Assembly: GCA_944393335.1 (NCBI GenBank)
Contig: CALXZV010000001.1
Location: forward strand, 1-36,786
Direction: 5' to 3'
Length of the DNA stretch: 36,786 bases
Source of the DNA: an uncultured Clostridia bacterium
GTDB taxonomy: Bacteria > Bacillota > Clostridia > TANB77 > CAG-508
Below the pieces are notes generated by a model, which was given only the letters and a program-made list of their open reading frames with translations, was not told the origin of the DNA and searched no databases. Both the position numbers and the translations under genes were made by a program. How positions within the stretch are numbered: position 1 is the first letter of the stretch; each line of letters opens with the position of its first letter. Positions 27,583-33,883 of this stretch are shown here, in pieces.

Positions 27583-27741
27583 ATGACAATAAAAGAATTT
27601 AGGCTATTACATATTGCAGTTTTTGATGGGGATAAAGAACTTTACAATGGAATGAGTGAAGATGCCCCACAAGAACTTTTAGACAAGCAAATAAAAATAG
27701 AAGGTATGGAAGATAAAATTTTAAAGGTAAAAATAGTTTAA
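27583..27741 (+). CDS. Hypothetical 52-aa protein (below ORF-track cutoff)
   Basis: Hand translation gives MTIKEFRLLHIAVFDGDKELYNGMSEDAPQELLDKQIKIEGMEDKILKVKIV. The RBS (AAAGGA) is weak. I recognise no family. Confidence 0.3.
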   Translation: MTIKEFRLLHIAVFDGDKELYNGMSEDAPQELLDKQIKIEGMEDKILKVKIV

Positions 27742-27941
27742 GATTAGCAAATTCAGTGATTTAAAAAGAATTGAAGATTATTGTTTATTTACAGCAATAA
27801 ATTTTAAGCACGTTTTATGTATAAATCTGCCACAAGTGGAAATAATTTTATCAAATAAAGATTTACAACTTTTAATAGCAAGTTGAATAAAGGCAATTTT
27901 TTAGTACTATTAAAAATTGTATGAACAAAGGAGATAAAATT

Positions 27942-28145
27942 ATGGGAGATTTAAATAAAAAGTATATAATAAATAAGGCTGAAAAAATATTAGAAAAGTG
28001 TGAAGAAAAATACAAAGATGAAAGCAAAAGCAAGCGAAAAGTAAGAGAGTTAGAAAGTGAATGCAAAAAGCTAAAAAGATATAATTGGGCTTGGAAAATA
28101 CTTTTGGCTCTTGTGGTGATTAGCTTTTTAATAATTACATTTTAA
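27942..28145 (+). CDS. Small tail-anchored coiled-coil membrane protein
   Basis: I prefer the ATG at 27942, which lies 8 nt after an AAGGAG RBS. A Lys/Glu-rich helix is followed by the C-terminal TM segment WKILLALVVISFLIITF. A strong terminator follows. Confidence 0.5.
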   Translation: MGDLNKKYIINKAEKILEKCEEKYKDESKSKRKVRELESECKKLKRYNWAWKILLALVVISFLIITF

Positions 28146-28155
28146 AAACAAGTAT

Positions 28156-28208
28156 AAAACTTTTTAATTGGTCATATATTTTAAAAGACTAATTAAAAAG
28201 TTTTTTTT
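28156..28208 (+). terminator. Rho-independent terminator
   Basis: An 18-bp stem, aaaactttttaattggtc (28156-28173) with gactaattaaaaagtttt (28187-28204), has one mismatch and runs into a T8 tract. Confidence 0.75.
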
Positions 28209-28276
28209 CGTGCATATAAAAAAGTAGTATTGCAATAAAAAGGTTATAGGTAATCCAATGCAAAAACCTAAATCAA

Positions 28277-29248
28277 ATGCAAGGGAAGAAGTCTATGGAA
28301 AGAATAATAAGTGAGCAAGATAGAATAAGACGAGCGGAAGAGATTGCAAGTAGAAGAAGAGGCACTATTTCAGCAAGAGATATAAATGTAGAACATACTA
28401 AAAAGAAAATGCCTATGCTTACAAAGGTCTTTATACAAACTGTAGCTAGTATATGCATATTTGGCTTGGCATATTTTTTAACACAAAACAATTATCCGTT
28501 TATGGATAGTGTAAGAAGTGTACTGAGTGCAGATATAAATATAGGACAAATATACAATGAATTAAACAATAGCTTTAAATCTGTTTCAAATTGGTATAAC
28601 GGTTTAGTTGGAGGCATTGGAGAAAATAAACAGGATGATGTTAATGAAGCGGATAATACAAATGCCCAGGAAAATAACATAGAAAATGCTAATGGAACTG
28701 ATGGGGCAAATAATGGAGAGGATGAGGCTAATGTAACAAACACATCTGAAACTGAAAATGTAAATAATGAAGAAACAAATTCAAGTGATGCAGGAGGCAT
28801 TGGCGGGAGTGATGAAAATATTACTCTAAGCCAAGATGAACAAGACATAGCATATATAAAAGAAAATGCATCAATAATCGTGCCTGTTTATGGCACTGTA
28901 ACATCGGGCTATGGTCCCAGAACCCCAACAGATATAATTTCGGCAAATCATGCAGGACTTGATATAGGAGCAAATGAAGGAACAGAGATAATTGCTGCAA
29001 TGGAAGGAACAGTAGAGCTTGTATCTAGTTATGGAGACTATGGTAATCACGTAAAAATAACAAATGGAGAAATAAGTACAATGTATGCACATTGCAAAGA
29101 TATATATGTAAATCAGGGAGATTATATTAGTCAAGGTCAAGTAATTGCAACAGTTGGAAATACAGGTAGAACAACAGGACCACACTTGCATTTTGAAATA
29201 GCAAGAAGCGGAAGAACAGTGGACCCTCAAGCCATAATACAAATCTAA
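28277..29248 (+). CDS. M23-family (LytM-domain) metallopeptidase, in the SpoIVFA position
   Basis: 323 aa with an N-terminal TM segment and an Asn/Glu-rich low-complexity linker. The C-terminal M23 domain keeps HAGLD and HLHFE metal-ligand motifs. It sits directly upstream of the SpoIVFB-like gene. Confidence 0.8.
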   Translation: MQGKKSMERIISEQDRIRRAEEIASRRRGTISARDINVEHTKKKMPMLTKVFIQTVASICIFGLAYFLTQNNYPFMDSVRSVLSADINIGQIYNELNNSFKSVSNWYNGLVGGIGENKQDDVNEADNTNAQENNIENANGTDGANNGEDEANVTNTSETENVNNEETNSSDAGGIGGSDENITLSQDEQDIAYIKENASIIVPVYGTVTSGYGPRTPTDIISANHAGLDIGANEGTEIIAAMEGTVELVSSYGDYGNHVKITNGEISTMYAHCKDIYVNQGDYISQGQVIATVGNTGRTTGPHLHFEIARSGRTVDPQAIIQI

Positions 29249-29361
29249 TAGTTCAATTACTATAAAGTTCTTAATAAATAAGACAAAATTAATATTTATA
29301 ACTATTAAAAGTTTATACTAAAAGCAAAAGAAAGGAGATTTGTATAAAAGATTATACAAAA

Positions 29362-30033
29362 ATGTTTATGCAAATAAGAATAGATTTTAAAATTTTTATT
29401 ATAATATTAATATTTTTAATTACAAGAAACATAGGAATATATGCCACATTAATGTTCTTTGCATTAATACACGAGTTAGGGCATTTATTATGTGGTCTGA
29501 TTCTTGGCTTTAAGCCAGAAAGTATAAGCATAATTCCATTTGGCTTTAAACTAGGATTTAAAGTAAAATGTGATGATTACAATATAAAAGTAAAAAAAGG
29601 TAGCAGACTAACAGTAAAAAAGATATTAATTGCATTAGCTGGACCACTTACAAATGCTTTTTGCATTTTGATTTTATTTTTAATAAATTTTTTAAGTAAA
29701 GATATAAATTTAGAGCAATTACAAAATGCCATTTATGCTAATATTCTTCTTATATTATTTAATTTAATACCCATTTATCCATTAGATGGTGGAAGAATAA
29801 TGCAAGGATTAATACATATATTTATAGGTCTAAAAGAAAGCTATTCTTATGCAAAAACAGTTACAAATATAAATGCAATTTTGCTTACTGCTATTTCTAG
29901 CATTTTAATACTTTATTACAAAAATATAGCCATATTATTAGTTATAATTTACTTGTGGCTAATGGTGTATAAATGTAATAAGGAATACAGGTTAAAAGAA
30001 AAGATATATAGCAATTTTAAAGATAATATTTAA
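29362..30033 (+). CDS. spoIVFB: M50 site-2 protease, SpoIVFB-like, without CBS domain
   Basis: 223 aa polytopic protein. HELGH lies in TM2 and NLIPIYPLDGGRI in a later TM segment. The start codon is uncertain because the RBS is distant. Confidence 0.75.
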   Translation: MFMQIRIDFKIFIIILIFLITRNIGIYATLMFFALIHELGHLLCGLILGFKPESISIIPFGFKLGFKVKCDDYNIKVKKGSRLTVKKILIALAGPLTNAFCILILFLINFLSKDINLEQLQNAIYANILLILFNLIPIYPLDGGRIMQGLIHIFIGLKESYSYAKTVTNINAILLTAISSILILYYKNIAILLVIIYLWLMVYKCNKEYRLKEKIYSNFKDNI

Positions 30034-30123
30034 ATTTATAATATGATTGTTCAAAAATAATTTGATTTTAAATAGAGCTTTTTGTGATTAACTTCATAAC
30101 AAAATCAAATTAACATAAAACAC

Positions 30124-30152
30124 TTGCATTATCTAACATTTTATGGTATACT
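30124..30152 (+). promoter_or_regulatory. Sigma-A-type promoter upstream of ORF 30300
   Basis: TTGCAT (30124-30129), 17-nt spacer, TGgTATACT (TATACT at 30147-30152). Confidence 0.55.
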
Positions 30153-30299
30153 AATTATATTAGTGATGATTAAGCCATTAAAGCCAATTCGATATTAAAA
30201 AATAAACGTAAATAGACAGTGCAAAAATTTAATATCAAATAGATTTGCATTAAAAAATAAATAAAATAATGGCAAATAAAAGGAGGAATCACAATATAA

Positions 30300-30674
30300 A
30301 TGAGTAAAATATTAGATAAAATAAAAGGTTTTGTACATTCATTAACAAGTATGTTTCAAGAAAATGACCAAGGAGATGAAGACTATTTAAAACCAGATAC
30401 AAAAGAGGCAAAAGAATTAGCCTCAGCTATGGAGCCTGCAGTTAAAAGAATGAAAGAAATGGAAGCTAAAAGAGAAAAAGAAGAAAAAGATAGAATAGCA
30501 TGGCTTAAAAATTTAAGAGAAGGTGCTGTAACAGAACAAGAAAGCGTTACTCCAAAATCTAATGAAGTACAAGTTAAAGGAATAGCACCAAAAGTTAAAA
30601 TAGGACAAAGTCAAGACCGTACTATGCAAAGCGATAGCTCTCAAAATAAAGATGATTTAGAATTAGGACAATGA
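30300..30674 (+). CDS. Hypothetical highly charged protein
   Basis: 124 aa, Lys/Glu-rich, no TM segment, AGGAGG RBS upstream. I recognise no family. Confidence 0.5.
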   Translation: MSKILDKIKGFVHSLTSMFQENDQGDEDYLKPDTKEAKELASAMEPAVKRMKEMEAKREKEEKDRIAWLKNLREGAVTEQESVTPKSNEVQVKGIAPKVKIGQSQDRTMQSDSSQNKDDLELGQ

Positions 30675-30696
30675 TTCAAAAATTATTATAATTTTT

Positions 30697-30757
30697 AACC
30701 TAAGGTTACAACTAAAATTAATGTGCAAACATTAAAGTAATCTTAGGTTTTATTTTT
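30697..30757 (+). terminator. Compound stem-loop terminator
   Basis: aacctaag (30697-30704) pairs with cttaggtt (30742-30749). There is an inner hairpin, and ttattttt follows. Confidence 0.55.
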
Positions 30758-30771
30758 CCGTAAAAATGCTG

Positions 30772-30833
30772 TGTCAATTGGGACGGTTCTATTTGACACA
30801 AAATAGTGTCAAATAGAACCGTCCCAATTGACA
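30772..30833. repeat. Type-1 repeat doublet (REPIN-like), copy G
   Basis: tgtcaattgggacggttctatttgaca (30772-30798), spacer caaaatag, perfect inverted copy (30807-30833). Confidence 0.9.
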
Positions 30834-30922
30834 AAAAAATTAAATCTTTAATCAATCAAAAAACTCTTGAAAAAAACATAAAAATAGTATATAAATATAT
30901 TTAAGAAAAATGGTAAAGGAAG

Positions 30923-31666
30923 ATGAAAATGCAAAAGATTAAAAGTGAAAGAGGAGTTACACTACTTATATTAATGATTACTATAGTAGTTCTTGCTCTA
31001 ATAAGTATTCCAATTATAGTAAACACAACGGATATATCAGAATTACAAAGATACACATATTTTAAAGCAGATATAGATAAATTAAGAGAAGCAATAGATG
31101 CAACATATGCAGATATGGACGACCTATCTACAATTGGACCAATATATACAGGTGATTATAGCTTTTTAAGCAAAGTCCAAGGTAGTGATCCAGTAGCAAA
31201 TCCTAATGATGGCAATGTATATTATGTAATAAGTTTAACAAATTTAAATTCTTACATAAATGCTCAAATAAGTCTAAAATATGGAACTGGAAACAAAGAA
31301 GAAACATATGAAAATAACGAATATAGCGGTACAGACGTTTATATAATAAATGAACAATCAAAAACCATATACTATACAAGTGGTGTAGAATATAAAGGTG
31401 TAACATACTATAGACTACCAGAAAGCTTTACTGCACAAACACAATTTTTTGTAGTATCATATGATGCCAATGGTGGTACAAATGCACCAGATATGCAATC
31501 TGTTGATTCTAGAGGTGATGCTGTAACTATAGGAAATGCACCAACAAGAGCAGGATATACATTTAAGGGCTATTTAGATAGTAATACAAATACTTTATAT
31601 CAACCAGGGGATATTTATATAGTATCAGATACAATAATATTAGTGGCACAATGGGAACAAAACTAA
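30923..31666 (+). CDS. Pilin-like protein (prepilin-type leader) with C-terminal Listeria-Bacteroides repeat domain
   Basis: 247 aa. The leader is KSERG/VTLLILMITIVVLAL. The C-terminus VSYDANGGTNAP....GYTFKGY.......Y.PGD........LVAQW fits the Listeria-Bacteroides (flg_new) repeat. The ATG at 30929 has better RBS spacing. Confidence 0.7.
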   Translation: MKMQKIKSERGVTLLILMITIVVLALISIPIIVNTTDISELQRYTYFKADIDKLREAIDATYADMDDLSTIGPIYTGDYSFLSKVQGSDPVANPNDGNVYYVISLTNLNSYINAQISLKYGTGNKEETYENNEYSGTDVYIINEQSKTIYYTSGVEYKGVTYYRLPESFTAQTQFFVVSYDANGGTNAPDMQSVDSRGDAVTIGNAPTRAGYTFKGYLDSNTNTLYQPGDIYIVSDTIILVAQWEQN

Positions 31667-31697
31667 TATTTTAGAAAAATTTCCAGTTTGGCGGTTG

Positions 31698-31778
31698 TTG
31701 TCAGTTGGGATGGGGTTGTCAATTGGGACGGTTCTATTTGACACTATTTTGTGTCAAATAGAACCGTCCCAACTGACA
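31698..31778. repeat. Type-1 repeat doublet, copy H, with partial reduplication in the left arm
   Basis: The left arm reads ttgtcagttggga + tggggttgtcaattggga + cggttctatttgaca. The spacer ctattttg is the reverse complement of the copy G spacer. The right arm is tgtcaaatagaaccgtcccaactgacaa (31751-31778). Confidence 0.85.
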
Positions 31779-31807
31779 ACTCATCGGAAAATCCTAATGA
31801 AAAAGTG

Positions 31808-31836
31808 CTTGACAAGTAAAGCATTATATTGTATAA
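31808..31836 (+). promoter_or_regulatory. Consensus sigma-A promoter for tRNA-Met
   Basis: TTGACA (31808-31813), 17-nt spacer, TGtATAAT-type extended -10 with TATAAT at 31831-31836. The tRNA starts about 20 nt downstream. Confidence 0.75.
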
Positions 31837-31855
31837 TACTAATTGTCGCAAATAA

Positions 31856-31932
31856 TGGCGAAGTAGCTCAGTTGGCTAGAGCATCCGGTTCATACCCGGC
31901 AGGTCAAGAGTTCGAATCTCCTCTTCGCCACC
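31856..31932 (+). tRNA. tRNA-Met (anticodon CAT), elongator type, CCA-encoded
   Basis: Hand-folded cloverleaf. Acceptor stem is ggcgaag/cttcgcc, D arm gctc/gagc, anticodon loop ttCATac, T loop ttcgaat. G1-C72 argues against an initiator, and the TTCATAC loop resembles Bacillus elongator Met rather than Ile2. Mismatches are T27-C43 and A50-C64. Confidence 0.85.
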
Positions 31933-31981
31933 AAAAAATAAATAAATGCCATAAACACATTTATTTATCTCATTTTCTATA

Positions 31982-32026
31982 AAACTAGCATACTTCAATT
32001 TAATTTGAGGCATGCTAGTTTTTTTA
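31982..32026 (+). terminator. Rho-independent terminator after the tRNA
   Basis: aaactagcat (31982-31991) pairs with atgctagttt (32012-32021) and runs into a T tract. Confidence 0.75.
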
Positions 32027-32139
32027 TTAACACTTTTTTAACACACTAGTTTAGAAAAAACTATTTTAGTGACAACTTTATTTTCTCTGTAAATCAGCGA
32101 TAATTCCATTTATTAACAGTAACGTTTGTGAGAGCAAAA

Positions 32140-33171
32140 TCACAAATTAAAATTAAACATAGGTATTTGAAGTATAACAAAAGTATACGCAGTAGCAAGT
32201 ATGGCTTGCAAAATTTTACCTATTATGTATGGCTTTATAGACAATTTCTCCTTAGAAACCACGCTTAGTATTTGTAGCATTACAGAAAAGCCACCAAATC
32301 CAAGCAAAAATGCGCTTAGTAAAATATTTGTAGAAATTGCTTTTACATGGATACTACTTATAGCATTTAGCCCATTTGTAAGTTCTATTATTCCAGATAA
32401 AGTACCTGAAATAAAATTGCTATTTCCAAACAAAGGAGATAAAAATTTTGCAATTATATTTAATAGTCCAAAATTTTTTAATATAGAAATTATTACTGAA
32501 AATATTACAACAAATCCACCAATCATCATTATAGTTTTTATGCTAGAAATTATACTGTTAGATAAGACTTCTCCTAAATTCGCAAAACTTATACTCTTAT
32601 GACTAATTTTTACATAATCTTTATTTATAGATTTGTATTTACTTCCCAGTTTTTTGCCAAAAATAATTCCAACAGAAAGAGATGCTAAAATATGAGTACA
32701 TAGTAAGATAAGTCCAATTGTAGTGCTGCCAAACATAGATATTCCCACAGTTCCTATGATAAAAAGTGGACCAGAGTTGTTGGTATATGCAAGCATTAAC
32801 TCTGCCTCTCTTTTGGTACACAAGCCTTCTTTATATATTTGACATACAGTTTTAGCTCCTACGGGGTAGCCACTAAGCATTCCCAAAATTAAAGGGTAAG
32901 CCGTACAACCGGGCATATTAAAAATAGGGCGCATAAATTTGTCCAGTTTTTTACTCACAAAATTAACAACATTTGTGTAGCTCAAAAGCTCAGTTGCAAC
33001 TAAAAATGGAAAAAGTGAAGGCACAACCGAGTTAGCCCACAAACTCAAGCCTGATTTAGTTGCAGACAAATTGCTAGCAGAAAATACTACTAAACAAAAT
33101 AAAAATAATATAAAAATAATTGGCAAAATATTTCTTTTTAAAGAAATGCAATAAAATTTAAAACTTTTCAT
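32140..33171 (-). CDS. ylbJ: Sporulation integral membrane protein YlbJ (nucleoside-recognition/Gate domain family)
   Basis: 343 aa polytopic protein. GLSLWANSVVPSLFPFLVATELL and the paired Gate-like halves are typical of YlbJ. Confidence 0.8.
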   Translation of the reverse strand: MKSFKFYCISLKRNILPIIFILFLFCLVVFSASNLSATKSGLSLWANSVVPSLFPFLVATELLSYTNVVNFVSKKLDKFMRPIFNMPGCTAYPLILGMLSGYPVGAKTVCQIYKEGLCTKREAELMLAYTNNSGPLFIIGTVGISMFGSTTIGLILLCTHILASLSVGIIFGKKLGSKYKSINKDYVKISHKSISFANLGEVLSNSIISSIKTIMMIGGFVVIFSVIISILKNFGLLNIIAKFLSPLFGNSNFISGTLSGIIELTNGLNAISSIHVKAISTNILLSAFLLGFGGFSVMLQILSVVSKEKLSIKPYIIGKILQAILATAYTFVILQIPMFNFNL

Positions 33172-33196
33172 AATTTTAATATATGCTTGTATTATT

Positions 33197-33300
33197 AAAA
33201 TATGATGTCCAATTAAAGTATTTTTCAGTTGGGGACGGTCCTAAATCGAAAAAATCTTTAATTGGACATCATATTTTAAATTAGGGACGTTTCTAAATGA
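33197..33300 (+). repeat. Type-2 unit nested inside a perfect 22-bp inverted repeat, followed by a degenerate type-1 unit (copy I)
   Basis: aaaatatgatgtccaattaaag (33197-33218) and its exact reverse complement (33256-33277) flank cagttggggacggtcctaaatcgaaaaaa (33226-33254). A degenerate ttagggacgtttctaaatga follows (33281-33300). Confidence 0.85.
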
Positions 33301-33474
33301 AAATATAATTAGACTTGTATATGGTCCATAAATTGTGATATAATATAACATATATTAGTCAAGAGAATGTGAAAATATTGAGGCTAGACATCCAACTCAG
33401 AAGAAGGATATATTTGAATCTTTGAATAAGAAAAAATGTAAAGAGATAATAAATAAAACCGAGGAGATGATAAA

Positions 33475-33789
33475 ATGGATAAAGCAAAAGCTAGAAAACT
33501 AGTTGAACAATATGCAAAAGTTGTAATTGCAAATATGGTTGTAAATAAAATAATCTTATACGGTTCTTATGCCAGAGGCGATTATAGAAAAGATAGTGAT
33601 ATAGATGTGGCAGTGGTTGTTCCTAGAAGTAGCGTTTCAAAAGATATACTAAAGGATATGGCAGAATTATACAAACTTACAGTAGGAGTATCAACAGATA
33701 TTGAGCCAGTACTTATAGTGGATGAAGAAGATCCAAGTGGATTTTTAGATAGTATATCTGAATATGGAGAGGTAGTATATTCTAAATAA
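33475..33789 (+). CDS. MNT-type nucleotidyltransferase-domain protein
   Basis: 104 aa. It carries the minimal NTase motif LYGSYARGDYRKDSDIDVAVVV. RBS is GAGGAG. Confidence 0.8.
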   Translation: MDKAKARKLVEQYAKVVIANMVVNKIILYGSYARGDYRKDSDIDVAVVVPRSSVSKDILKDMAELYKLTVGVSTDIEPVLIVDEEDPSGFLDSISEYGEVVYSK

Positions 33790-33841
33790 ACTGAATAAGA
33801 TAACCAAGCAGATTAATGAACAAGATTATCAAACAAGAAAA

Positions 33842-33870
33842 TGTTTTTAGGGACGCGTTCCCCAAAAACA
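33842..33870. other. Hairpin with GGGACG-like core between the NTase gene and mfd
   Basis: tgtttttaggga (33842-33853), loop cgcgt, tccccaaaaaca (33859-33870), a 12-bp stem with one mismatch. Any relation to the repeat family is uncertain. Confidence 0.4.
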
Positions 33871-33883
33871 TGGAGACAAAACA

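Noticed and set aside
6316-31778. The TTGACA hexamers inside type-1 units as functional -35 promoter boxes
   Set aside because: At the copies nearest gene starts (6492-6497, 17976-17981, 30828-30833) no acceptable -10 lies 16-18 nt downstream. At 6497 the start codon follows too closely. The hexamer is better explained as half of the unit's mini inverted repeat.
31856-31932. The tRNA with CAT anticodon as an initiator tRNA-fMet or as tRNA-Ile2 (lysidine)
   Set aside because: A G1-C72 pair is present, whereas initiators have a 1-72 mismatch. The three consecutive G-C pairs at the base of the anticodon stem, typical of initiators, are absent. The anticodon loop TTCATAC matches elongator Met rather than the CTCATAA loop typical of Ile2. 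Without a covariance-model score this remains a judgement call.
31695-31982. 95-aa ORF on the plus strand
   Set aside because: It spans repeat doublet H, the tRNA promoter and the whole tRNA-Met gene, so it is a translation artefact of non-coding features.
6291-33300. The repeat family as a CRISPR array
   Set aside because: Copies lie kilobases apart and are separated by whole genes. They occur in both orientations and as palindromic doublets. There is no regular repeat-spacer periodicity, and no cas genes are present.
6291-33300. The repeat doublets as integron attC sites delimiting gene cassettes
   Set aside because: The genes between copies are core housekeeping or sporulation genes with their own promoters, on both strands (spo0A, ftsZ, scpB, glucokinase). 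No intI-like integrase or attI site is present in the window.
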